Assembly (NCBI GenBank): GCA_963716375.1
Contig: OY970306.1
Location: forward strand, 2,421,228 to 2,485,227
DNA length: 64,000 bases
Reading direction: 5' to 3'
Source: an uncultured Chloroflexia bacterium
GTDB taxonomy: Bacteria > Chloroflexota > Limnocylindria > Limnocylindrales > CSP1-4
Part shown: piece by piece, positions 9,091 through 18,855 of the stretch
How positions within the stretch are numbered: the first letter of the stretch is position 1
How the letters are laid out: every line of letters starts with the position of its first letter
Made by a program: the position numbers and the translations under genes
Notes under the pieces: model-generated
Told to the model about the DNA's origin: nothing
What the model saw: the letters and a program-made list of their open reading frames with translations, nothing else
The model's database searches: none

Positions 9091-10090
9091 CCCGTCCGGA
9101 GCGGCCGGTCCGGCGGTCGGGCTCGTCCTTCGCCCGCTTCGCCCGGCGGACGCGCCCGCACTGTTCGACCTGGTCCGGCTCAGCCGGGCGGTCGACGGCG
9201 TGATCGAGCCGTTCACGCTCGACGAGCTGACTCACCACTGGTTCGATCATCCGGGTTCGAATCCGGAGGTCGATTCGCTGGGGGCGTTCGACTCGGACGG
9301 CGGCCTCGTCGGGTTCGCCTGGGTCTTCGCCAGGGATCGCCCATCCGACGTGGCCCGCGTCTTCCTCGCGGGCGACGTCCACCCCGGCCACCGCCGCGAG
9401 CGCCTCGGAACGCTGCTCCTGCGCCGGGCCGAAGAGCGGGCGCGGGTCGTCCTCGCGACGCTGGGGCCGGCGCTGACCGGCGAGATCTTCCTCGATTCGC
9501 CCGCGGGTTCGGCAGGTCGTGAGGCGCTGTTCCTGGGCGCGGGCTATCGGGAGGCACGGACGTTCGCGACGATGCGCCACTCCATGGCCGAACCGCCAGC
9601 GCCGGCCGAGCTCCGAGCCGACCCGCCGGGCTTCACGTTCCAGACCTGGACCGAAGCCCTCGATGACGAGACGCGGGCCGCCCACAACGACGCGTTCCGC
9701 GATCACTGGGGATCGGATCCCGTCTCGCGCGAACGCTGGCGACACGTCGTCCGGGGCGCGCCGGGTTTCGACAGCGCCTCGTCCTGGCTGGGTCTCGACG
9801 GCGACACCGTCGCCGGCTACACGCTGACCACGTTCACCACGGACGACGCCGGCCGCCGGCTCGGCTGGCTCGGCTCGATCGGCGTCCGACGCGGCTACCG
9901 GAAGCGCGGCCTCGCGTCGGCGCTGATCGCCCGCAGCCTGGCCGGATTCCGCGAGGCCGGGGCCCTCGAGGCCGGCCTCGACGTCGACCTCGAGAATCCC
10001 AGCGGCGCGCCGCGCGTCTACGGCGCCCTCGGGTTCCACGTCACCCGCCGATCGACGATCTACGTCAAGTCGGTCACGCCCGAGCGCTGA
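9083..10090 (+). CDS. GNAT family N-acetyltransferase with two tandem GNAT domains (MshD-like architecture)
   Basis: A 335-aa protein with two acetyl-CoA-binding motifs (RRERLGTLLLRRA and RKRGLASALIARS). Its start overlaps the LLM stop. Confidence 0.7.
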   Translation: MGSPSGAAGPAVGLVLRPLRPADAPALFDLVRLSRAVDGVIEPFTLDELTHHWFDHPGSNPEVDSLGAFDSDGGLVGFAWVFARDRPSDVARVFLAGDVHPGHRRERLGTLLLRRAEERARVVLATLGPALTGEIFLDSPAGSAGREALFLGAGYREARTFATMRHSMAEPPAPAELRADPPGFTFQTWTEALDDETRAAHNDAFRDHWGSDPVSRERWRHVVRGAPGFDSASSWLGLDGDTVAGYTLTTFTTDDAGRRLGWLGSIGVRRGYRKRGLASALIARSLAGFREAGALEAGLDVDLENPSGAPRVYGALGFHVTRRSTIYVKSVTPER

Positions 10091-10106
10091 CCGCGGAGGA
10101 GGAGCC

Positions 10107-11504
10107 ATGCGGACCCTGATCACGAACGGCACTGTCGTCACGGCCGAGGGCAGCCAGCGGGCCGACGTCCTCGTCGACGGAGAGCGGATCACGGCGCTGG
10201 GCGACGCCCTCGCCCGGCAGGGCGTGTCGCCGGATCACACGATCGACGCCACGGGCAAGTGGGTGATCCCGGGCGCCATCGACGTCCACACGCACATGGA
10301 GCTGCCATTCGGTGGCACCTTCGCCAAGGACACGTTCGAGTCCGGGACCCGGGCCGCGGCGTTCGGCGGGACGACCACCATCGTCGACTTCGCCGTCCAG
10401 TCGCGCGGCCGCTCGCTCCGCGAAGGCCTCGACACGTGGCATGCCAAGGCCGAGGGCAACGCCGTCGTGGACTACGGCTTCCACATGATCATGTCCGACG
10501 TCAACGATTCGACGCTGGCGGAGATGGACCAGCTCGTGGCCGAGGGCATCCCCGACTTCAAGCTGTTCACGGCCTACCCGGGCGTCTTCTACAGCGACGA
10601 CGGGGCGATCTTCCGGGCCATGCAGCGAACCGCCACCAACGGCGGCCTGATCATGATGCACGCGGAAAACGGCCCGGCCATCGACGTCGTGGCGGGCGAT
10701 CTCGTCGCCGCGGGCAAGACCGACCCGTACTTTCACGGCGTCGCCCGCGAGCCGATCTTCGAGGGCGAAGCGACGAACCGGGTCATCCGCCTCGCCGAAG
10801 CGGCCGGGGTGCCCGTGTACATCGTCCACCTCTCGGCCCGCGACGCGCTCAACGAGGTGCGGGCCGGGCGGGATCGCGGGACGCGCGTCTTCGCCGAGAC
10901 GTGCCCGCAGTACCTGTTCCTCTCGCTCGACGACCTCGGCGACGGCTTCAACGGCGCCAAGTTCATCTGCTCGCCGCCGCTGCGGACGGCCGACCACCAG
11001 GCGGAGCTGTGGACGGGTCTCGTCAAGGACGACCTGGCCGTCGTCTCGACGGACCACTGCCCCTTCGACTTCCACGGCCAGAAGGAGCTCGGGCGGGGCG
11101 ATTTCCGCAAGGTTCCGAACGGCCTGCCGGGCGTCGAGGACCGGGTCGACCTGATGCACGACGGCGGCGTGGTCTCGGGCCGGATCTCGCCCGAGCGGTG
11201 GGTCGAGATCATCGCCACGGCTCCGGCCAAGCTCTTCGGGATGTACCCGCGGAAGGGCACGATCGCCATCGGCGCCGATGCCGACATCGTGATCTACGAC
11301 CCGACGGCCGAGCACACGATCTCGGCCAAGACCCACCACATGGCCGTCGACTACTCGTGCTACGAGGGCCGCAAGGTGCGCGGCCGGTCCGACGTCGTGA
11401 TGTCGCGAGGCTCGGTCGTGGTGCGCGACGGGCAGTTCCACGGCCGCAAGGGCTGGGGCCGGTTCGTCAAGCGCTCGCCGAGCCAGCTCATCCACCAGGG
11501 GTAG
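10107..11504 (+). CDS. Dihydropyrimidinase / D-hydantoinase (cyclic amidohydrolase)
   Basis: A 465-aa protein with HxH metal motif DVHTHMELPFGGT, GGTTTIVDFA, and a carbamylated-Lys region consistent with dihydropyrimidinase. Confidence 0.9.
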   Translation: MRTLITNGTVVTAEGSQRADVLVDGERITALGDALARQGVSPDHTIDATGKWVIPGAIDVHTHMELPFGGTFAKDTFESGTRAAAFGGTTTIVDFAVQSRGRSLREGLDTWHAKAEGNAVVDYGFHMIMSDVNDSTLAEMDQLVAEGIPDFKLFTAYPGVFYSDDGAIFRAMQRTATNGGLIMMHAENGPAIDVVAGDLVAAGKTDPYFHGVAREPIFEGEATNRVIRLAEAAGVPVYIVHLSARDALNEVRAGRDRGTRVFAETCPQYLFLSLDDLGDGFNGAKFICSPPLRTADHQAELWTGLVKDDLAVVSTDHCPFDFHGQKELGRGDFRKVPNGLPGVEDRVDLMHDGGVVSGRISPERWVEIIATAPAKLFGMYPRKGTIAIGADADIVIYDPTAEHTISAKTHHMAVDYSCYEGRKVRGRSDVVMSRGSVVVRDGQFHGRKGWGRFVKRSPSQLIHQG

Positions 11505-11645
11505 GCCGCGGCCGGGTTGGGCGCACCTCGTGCGCAGACTGCCCGGTGCCGTGCGGGGCGGCTTCTTGTCACATTCTCACCCAGTGAGCGCTAGCCAGGA
11601 TTCGGCCCCGAACCCACGGCCTCGCTTGGCTTGTACGCCGCCCTG

Positions 11646-11663
11646 GTTGACGATTCCGTCAAC
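11646..11663. promoter_or_regulatory. Perfect palindrome GTTGACG-ATTC-CGTCAAC (candidate transcription-factor operator)
   Basis: A 7-bp inverted repeat with a 4-bp spacer. It sits centrally inside a longer imperfect inverted repeat (11571-11599 / 11721-11749), in the 538-bp intergenic region upstream of mmsA. Confidence 0.4.
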
Positions 11664-11796
11664 TTCTGGTCCCGATTTGGGGTCGGATGTTGCCTCGCGC
11701 GGCCTGGCTCGGCGGTAGCGCCTGGCTAGCGTCCGCCCGGTGAGAATCTGACCGGTTCCCTCCTGCGTCGAGAGTGCTGCCGGGACGGACCCCGGC

Positions 11797-11890
11797 GCCA
11801 CTCGCGCCGGGGCGCCACTCGCGCCGGGGCGCCACTCGCGCCGGGGCGCCACTCGCGCCGGGGCGCCACTCGCGCCGGGGCGCCACTCGC
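11797..11890. repeat. Perfect 17-bp tandem repeat (GCCACTCGCGCCGGGGC) x about 5.6, intergenic
   Basis: Copies of GCCACTCGC start at 11797, 11814, 11831, 11848, 11865 and 11882. The period is not a multiple of 3. It lies about 150 bp upstream of the mmsA start. Confidence 0.9.
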
Positions 11891-12041
11891 AGGAAGGCGG
11901 CACTCGCGCGATCCATTCGACCGGAGGCCCATGCCGGCGGCGGTACAATCGCCCGACTTCGGGTCGCCGCGCCTTCGGCCGCCCGCTCAAGCTCGCTCGT
12001 GGCACCTTCAGCGTCACGACCGCAGTGCCAAGGAGAGCCCG

Positions 12042-13520
12042 ATGGCCACGACGATGGAACCCCGCTCGCGAACCGAGGCTGCGACGCTGCGCAACTACAT
12101 CGGTGGTCGGTGGGTCGAGGCGACCGACGCCCGCGAGAGCATCGAGGTCCCCAATCCCGCAACGGAAGAGGTCCTCGGCCTCGTCCCGCTCTCGGGTGCG
12201 GGTGACGTGGCCGCGGCCGCCCGCGCGGCCCGCTCGGCCTTCCACGACTGGAGCGAGATCCCCGTTCCGGAGCGCGTCAAGTACCTCTACACGCTCCGAA
12301 CCGCCTACCTCGACAACCGCGAGGAGCTGATCCGCGGCGTCACGATCGAGAACGGCAAGATCTACTCGGATGCCGCCGGTGAGTACCGCCGCGCTCTCGA
12401 AGTCATCGAGTTCGCCATCGGGATGCCGACCCTGATGGCCGGCTACAACGTCGAGTCCGTCAGCCGCGGCATCGACACGATGATGGAGCGCTATCCGGTC
12501 GGGGTCACCGCGGCCATCACGCCGTTCAATTTCCCGCTGATGGTGCCCTTCTGGACGCTGCCGATCGCGATCGCCGCGGGCAACACCTACATTCTCAAGC
12601 CGTCGGAGCGGACGCCGTACAGCGCGATGCGCATCGCCGAGCTGATCGACCAGATCGGCCTGCCGGCGGGCGTCTTCAACCTCGTCCACGGCGCGGCCGA
12701 CGCCGTCCAGGCGATCTGCGCCGAGCCCGAGATCGACGCCGTCAGCTTCGTCGGCTCGGCGCGGGTCGCGAAGATCGTCTATGAGGCCTGCGGCAAGCAC
12801 GGCAAGCGCGTCCAGGCCCTGGGCGGGGCCAAGAACCACATCGTCGTCATGCCGGATGCGGTTGTCGCGCCGAGCGTCGAAAACCTCGCCGAGTCGGCCT
12901 TCGGCAATGCCGGCCAGCGCTGTCTCGCGGGCTCCGTGCTCACCGTCGTCGGCTCGGCCAGCGAAACGGTCCTGCCGCACGTCGTCGAGCGGGCCGAATC
13001 GATGAAGCTCGGCTTCGGCCTCGACGAGGGCATCGACATGGGCCCCGTCATCCGGGCCAATTCCCGCGAGCGGATCCGCCGGCTCGTCGACCAGGGCCTC
13101 AGCGAAGGCGCCACGATCATCCGCGACGGTCGCTCGAAGGTGCCGGACAAGGGCTTCTTCGTGGGTCCGACGATGATCGAGATCCAGCCAGACTCGATCC
13201 TCGCCGGCGAGGAGCTGTTCGGGCCGGTCCTGTCGGTGTTCAAGGCCGACACGATCGACACGGCCATCGACCTGATCGTGAACACCAACGACTACGGCAA
13301 CGCGAGCTCGATCTTCACGTCCTCGGGCAAGGCCGCGCGCGAGTTCAAGCGCCGCAATCCGGCGGGCATGATCGGGATCAACGTCGGCGTCGCTGCGCCC
13401 GTGGCCTTCTTCCCGTTCAGCGGCCACCGCAACTCGTTCTTCGGCGACCTGCACGTCACGGGCCGCGACGGGGTCGAATTCTTCACGACCAAGAAGACGA
13501 CGACCACGCGCTGGTTCTGA
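12042..13520 (+). CDS. mmsA: Methylmalonate-semialdehyde / malonate-semialdehyde dehydrogenase (CoA-acylating), aldehyde dehydrogenase family
   Basis: The protein starts MATTMEPRS..RNYIGGRWVEA and is 492 aa, with ALDH motifs and RBS AAGGAGAG. The upstream in-frame extension to 11931 lacks an RBS. Confidence 0.85.
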   Translation: MATTMEPRSRTEAATLRNYIGGRWVEATDARESIEVPNPATEEVLGLVPLSGAGDVAAAARAARSAFHDWSEIPVPERVKYLYTLRTAYLDNREELIRGVTIENGKIYSDAAGEYRRALEVIEFAIGMPTLMAGYNVESVSRGIDTMMERYPVGVTAAITPFNFPLMVPFWTLPIAIAAGNTYILKPSERTPYSAMRIAELIDQIGLPAGVFNLVHGAADAVQAICAEPEIDAVSFVGSARVAKIVYEACGKHGKRVQALGGAKNHIVVMPDAVVAPSVENLAESAFGNAGQRCLAGSVLTVVGSASETVLPHVVERAESMKLGFGLDEGIDMGPVIRANSRERIRRLVDQGLSEGATIIRDGRSKVPDKGFFVGPTMIEIQPDSILAGEELFGPVLSVFKADTIDTAIDLIVNTNDYGNASSIFTSSGKAAREFKRRNPAGMIGINVGVAAPVAFFPFSGHRNSFFGDLHVTGRDGVEFFTTKKTTTTRWF

Positions 13521-13566
13521 CGGGCGGCAGCGGCCGCGTGGGCATGACATCTCGGGGCTGTTCAGG

Positions 13567-15003
13567 CTAGGTCGGGATCGGGGGCTCGGCCTCCCTGTTG
13601 GCAGCGTCCCGTGCGACTCGTTCTGGCTCGGCAAGCGCGGCGGCGGCGATGATCTCTTCGAGCTCTGGCGGGGTCAAGTGCGCCGGCACGGGTTCGGCGG
13701 CCGCCGGGACCGGCTCGGCCACAACCGGCTCGGCCGGCGCAACGTCCGGACCGAGGGCGACGCGATCGGCGAATGCCTCGGCCGCCGTCAGTTCCTCGGC
13801 GTCAACGTCGCCTTCAGGCAGCGAGGTGGTCGTGGACGAGACAAACGCGGCGATCGCGGCGCCCTTGGGCACCGGCGCTCGACCGGACAGGTTCGGGAAG
13901 TCGCCGCCGGCCCACCCACGGCCCGAGCGTTGGGCCGTTAGCAGGGTCTCCCGCAAACCGCTTTCGGTGGTCGGCGAGCCCGCTGCGGCGATGCCCGGTG
14001 CGGCCGCACGCGGAATGACGAGCTCCGAGGGCGTGACGACAGGTGGAGTCACCTGCCGGACGTCCGCCGGCGCCGGCCGTCCAATTCGAGAGCGTTCGGC
14101 CAGGACTTCGCGACTGTCCCGCCCGGTATGGGTCGCCAGCAGGACGAACAGCCCGAAGCTCGCAGCGGCAATCAGGAGCGCGGTGATCTGGCCGGCTCGG
14201 AACGGCCCGAGGACCTCGGGATCGCGCCACAGGAAGGCCGCTGCGATGCGAGCGAGCGCCCACAGGCTCAGCGCCGCGAAGAACACCCGCCCGTCCTGGT
14301 CCCGGAATCGGCCGACGAGCAGCAACGATCCGATCAGGAGGAAGACCGAAAGGATCAACAGGCCCTCGTAGACCTGCGCCGGATGGGCGGGAACCTGCGG
14401 GGTCAGCGTGCCCCATGGGCCTTCGCCGAGATAGCGGGTGGCCCACGGGAGATCGGACGGACTGCCCTGGCCGTTGGCGCCGAGGACCATCGCGAACTTG
14501 CCGAGGGCGAGGCCGAGGAGCAGCGGGATCGTGACGACATGCAGCCAGCGCCCGACCGGTGCCCCGAGCGCCATCGCGACAAGGATGCCAGCGGCGGTGC
14601 CGAAGATGATCGCGAAGCTCAGCTCGAGGCTGCCCTGGCCTGGATCGACGATGTACCCCGGATTGACGGAGTAGTAGTCCCAGTGGACGACGACGTAGCC
14701 GATCCGGCCGCCGATGACGGCGCCCGGGATGACGCCCAGGAGGATGAGCAGAAGATCGTCACGACGCAGGTGCCAGACGCCACGTTCGCTGCCGCCGAGC
14801 TCCGGGGAGGCCTCGTTCACGGCCGGCATCCGCCCGGCAATCAGGCCGGTGAGCGCGATCGACACGACGATGACCGCGGCGAGTGCCAGCGTTTCCCACC
14901 GGATGGCGAGTTCGCCGATCCTGAGAAGCGCCCCGAAGTCGAACGAGATGACTGCGGGCGTCACGGCTCTGGTCAGTGTACCGACGCGATCACCCCGGGA
15001 CAC
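13567..15003 (-). CDS. lgt: Prolipoprotein diacylglyceryl transferase paralogue (divergent Lgt) with long Ala/Pro-rich C-terminal extension
   Basis: The N-terminal core aligns motif-for-motif with canonical Lgt at 22556: GRIGYVVVHWDYY vs GRLYHVIDQWALY; LALGKF vs ARWGNF; YEGLLILS vs YESLSGIL. Confidence 0.65.
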   Translation of the reverse strand: MSRGDRVGTLTRAVTPAVISFDFGALLRIGELAIRWETLALAAVIVVSIALTGLIAGRMPAVNEASPELGGSERGVWHLRRDDLLLILLGVIPGAVIGGRIGYVVVHWDYYSVNPGYIVDPGQGSLELSFAIIFGTAAGILVAMALGAPVGRWLHVVTIPLLLGLALGKFAMVLGANGQGSPSDLPWATRYLGEGPWGTLTPQVPAHPAQVYEGLLILSVFLLIGSLLLVGRFRDQDGRVFFAALSLWALARIAAAFLWRDPEVLGPFRAGQITALLIAAASFGLFVLLATHTGRDSREVLAERSRIGRPAPADVRQVTPPVVTPSELVIPRAAAPGIAAAGSPTTESGLRETLLTAQRSGRGWAGGDFPNLSGRAPVPKGAAIAAFVSSTTTSLPEGDVDAEELTAAEAFADRVALGPDVAPAEPVVAEPVPAAAEPVPAHLTPPELEEIIAAAALAEPERVARDAANREAEPPIPT

Positions 15004-15035
15004 CCTGTTCCGGCCGCGAACGAGCCATGCCGGGT

Positions 15036-16046
<1,011 letters not shown>

Positions 16047-16123
16047 CTATCGACTGGCAGGCCCGCCCCGGTGACAGCCGCGGCTGGCGATGAGGGTGCC
16101 GGAGCGCGCAGAGCGGACTGCCC

Positions 16124-17563
16124 CTACTGGACGACCTCGTACTGGGCCATCATCCCGGCGTCCTCGTGTTCGAGGACGTGGCAATGGAACACGAACACGC
16201 CCAGGTTGTCTGTGAACTTCAGGCGGATCACGACCGTCTGGCCGCCGCTGATGTTCCACGTCTCCTTGATCGCCTCCCACGGCGGTGGGGCCGCCCCGTT
16301 GCGGCTGACGAGCTGCTGATCCTCCTCGTGGATGTGGACGTAGTGATTGGCCTTGCCGGTGTTCTTCAGGATCCACGTCTCGGTTGTCCCGAGCCGCGGC
16401 ATCGCGTCGATGCGCGCCATGTCCATGACCTGGCCGTTGATCGTCCACTGGCCGGTCACCCGGCTCTGGCCGAAGTCGAATTCGCGGGTGACCGCGGAGA
16501 TCGGGTCGAGCTTCGGCAGCGGACGGAACGCCGCCGGGACCGAGCTCGTCTCGGTCAGGTTTCGGGTCACACGGAACTGCATGACCTGACCGAGTGAACC
16601 GCTGACGCCGAGGTTCTTCAGGACGATCTTCTGGCCGAGGTGGCCAGCGAAGCTGACGACCACGTCCACCCGCTCGGCCGGGCCGATCACCATGTGGGTC
16701 CGCTTGACCGGCTTGGGCAGGAGGCCGGATTCCGTGCCGATCTGGGTGAACGTCTGGCCGTCACTCAGTGCGAGGTCATAGGCGCGGAAGTTGGACGCAT
16801 TGAGGATTCGCAGCCGGTACGACCGATCGCCCACGGTGAAATACGGCTGGGGGACGCCGTTGACGAGGATCTGCGTGCCGAGATCGCCGGCCTTGTTGAA
16901 GGTGTAGGAGATCTGGTTCTTCGAGTCGAAGGTCCGGTCGACGATCATCAGCGGCACATCGAACACGCCCTTGGGCAGTGTCTGGGGCTCCGACGGATCG
17001 TCGACGAGGTACATCCCGGCGAGGCCCATCCAGACGTTGCGACCCGTCACGTCCATGCGGTGATCGTGGTACCACTGGAGCGCCGCGCGCTGGTTGCCGC
17101 CGTTCTCGGTGCCCGTGTAGGTGTAGGTGTAGGAGCCGCCGGTCGGGATGAGGAAGTCGTCCGGCTGGCCGTCGTTCTCGGTCGTCGAGTGATTGCCGTG
17201 GTTGTGCAGGGTGATCTCGCCGGCCGAGGCCGGCAGGTTGTTGACGAGGGTGACCCTGGTCGGATGCCCCGTGGTCTGGCGAATCGTGGGGCCCGGGAAC
17301 ATGCCGTTGTAGGTCCACATCATCGTCTTGGCACCCGGCATGATCTGGACGGGCGTCTGGGCCGCAGTCAGCGTGACATTCGCGCCCGTCAGCACCGGCG
17401 GGATCTTGAGCGGCAGGGTGAACGGCACGAAGCTGGCCGCGCCGGTTGGGGCGGGCGCCGCGAGCGCCGCGACCATGAGCAACCCGAGCAGCGCTCCCGC
17501 ACGACGCGCAGCGGACGGACGAATCACCCTGACAGTCTCCTCGTTGGCAGTGGTCCGATGCAT
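16124..17563 (-). CDS. Multicopper oxidase (laccase/CueO-like), Tat-exported
   Basis: A 479-aa protein with a twin-arginine leader SAARRAGALLGLLMVAALA. Copper-binding motifs are HNHGNH, WYHDH, HIHEED and HCHVLEHEDAGMM. Confidence 0.85.
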   Translation of the reverse strand: MHRTTANEETVRVIRPSAARRAGALLGLLMVAALAAPAPTGAASFVPFTLPLKIPPVLTGANVTLTAAQTPVQIMPGAKTMMWTYNGMFPGPTIRQTTGHPTRVTLVNNLPASAGEITLHNHGNHSTTENDGQPDDFLIPTGGSYTYTYTGTENGGNQRAALQWYHDHRMDVTGRNVWMGLAGMYLVDDPSEPQTLPKGVFDVPLMIVDRTFDSKNQISYTFNKAGDLGTQILVNGVPQPYFTVGDRSYRLRILNASNFRAYDLALSDGQTFTQIGTESGLLPKPVKRTHMVIGPAERVDVVVSFAGHLGQKIVLKNLGVSGSLGQVMQFRVTRNLTETSSVPAAFRPLPKLDPISAVTREFDFGQSRVTGQWTINGQVMDMARIDAMPRLGTTETWILKNTGKANHYVHIHEEDQQLVSRNGAAPPPWEAIKETWNISGGQTVVIRLKFTDNLGVFVFHCHVLEHEDAGMMAQYEVVQ

Positions 17564-17569
17564 TGTGCC

Positions 17570-18853
17570 TCAGGCGCCGTCCAATGCCCGCCGGAGGTCC
17601 TCGATCAGATCGCCGGCGCCCTCGATGCCGACCGAAAGCCGGATCAGGGCCGCGTTGACCTCGAGCGGTGAGCCGGCCACGGACAGGTGTGTCATGGCGG
17701 CCGGCACCTCGATCAGGGACTCGACGCCGCCCAGGGATTCGGCCAGGGTGAACAGGCGGGTCGCCTCGCAGATCGCCACGGCCCGCTCCACTGCGGTGCG
17801 ATTCGCGGGTCCGCCGGGTCGCGGAACGAACGAGACCATCCCGCCACCGAGGCGCATCTGGCGAGCCGCGAGTCCGCCCGTAATTTCAGTACCCGTCGAA
17901 CCCGAATGGGTGTCGGCCGCCGCCTCGTCCTCGCCCAGGCCGGGGTAGCGGACCTCGGCGACGTCCGCTCGGCCCCGCAGGAACCGCGCAACGGCGAGCG
18001 CATTGGCGCTGTGCCGCTCGACCCGCAGGTGGAGCGTCCGCAGGCCCCGCAGCACGAGGAAGCAATCGAGCGGCCCGGGCACCCCGCCCATCGCGTTCTG
18101 CAGGAAACGGAGCCGCTGGGCGACGGCGTCGTCGTTCGTGACGGCCACGCCGCAGACGGTGTCGCTGTGCCCGGCCAGGTACTTCGTGGCCGAGTGGAAG
18201 ACGATGTCGGCACCCATCGACAGGGGTCGCTGGATGGCCGGCGAGGCGAACGTGTTGTCGACGACGATCAGCGGCCGCTCGCCGCCCGCCTGCTCTGTCC
18301 GCTGCCGGACGACCGTCGCGGCCCCGGCGATGTCGATGAGCTTCAGCAGCGGATTGGTCGGCGTCTCGAACCAGACGAGCCGGGTCCGCTCCGTCAGCGC
18401 CTCCCACAGGACGTCCGGGCCCGCCGCGAGATCGACGTAGCGGGCGTCCACGCCGCTCGCCCGATGGACCCGTTCGAAGTACCGATACGTGCCGCCATAG
18501 ACATCGTCGCCGACGACGATCTCCTGGCCTGCGACGGCCAGCTGGGCGATCGCCGCCGTCGCGGCCGAGCCGCTCGCGAAGGCGATTCCGTGCCGGGCGC
18601 CCTCGAGCGCGGCCACGGCCCGTTCGAGACGGCCGCGGGTCGGGTTCTGCGAGCGGCTGTACTCGTAGCCGCCGCGTGGCCGTCCGACACCGTCCTGCGC
18701 GTAGGTGCTCGTCTGGTAGATCGGCGGCGATACGGCGCCTGTCAGCTCGTCGGGTTCGGCGCCGGCATGGACGGCGACCGTGTCGAACTCGAGACCGGCG
18801 AGATCGAGCGCTCGGCGGTCGTCGGCGGACGCGGGACCGGGAAGCCCAGGCAC
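17570..18853 (-). CDS. Cystathionine gamma-lyase/gamma-synthase family PLP enzyme (Cys/Met metabolism, trans-sulfuration)
   Basis: A 427-aa protein with ...PPIYQTSTY..YEYSRSQNPTR... and PLP-Lys region FHSATKYLAGHSD. Confidence 0.85.
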   Translation of the reverse strand: MPGLPGPASADDRRALDLAGLEFDTVAVHAGAEPDELTGAVSPPIYQTSTYAQDGVGRPRGGYEYSRSQNPTRGRLERAVAALEGARHGIAFASGSAATAAIAQLAVAGQEIVVGDDVYGGTYRYFERVHRASGVDARYVDLAAGPDVLWEALTERTRLVWFETPTNPLLKLIDIAGAATVVRQRTEQAGGERPLIVVDNTFASPAIQRPLSMGADIVFHSATKYLAGHSDTVCGVAVTNDDAVAQRLRFLQNAMGGVPGPLDCFLVLRGLRTLHLRVERHSANALAVARFLRGRADVAEVRYPGLGEDEAAADTHSGSTGTEITGGLAARQMRLGGGMVSFVPRPGGPANRTAVERAVAICEATRLFTLAESLGGVESLIEVPAAMTHLSVAGSPLEVNAALIRLSVGIEGAGDLIEDLRRALDGA

Positions 18854-18855
18854 GA

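Noticed and set aside
9245-9268. tRNA-like T-arm motif (TCCGG-GTTCGAAT-CCGGA, matches the GGTTCGAATCC consensus)
   Set aside because: It lies inside the well-supported GNAT CDS (encodes ...DHPGSNPEVDS...). The loop is 8 nt, not 7. No acceptor/D/anticodon arms can be built from the flanking sequence.
11516-11533. Terminator hairpin after the dihydropyrimidinase gene (GCGCAC-CTC-GTGCGC)
   Set aside because: The stem is only 6 bp and no U-tract follows. This is too weak to call.
11797-11890. Possible CRISPR array (also considered for 21577-21657 and 25855-25990)
   Set aside because: These are head-to-tail tandem repeats with no spacers and no cas genes. They are minisatellites or in-frame coding repeats, not CRISPR.
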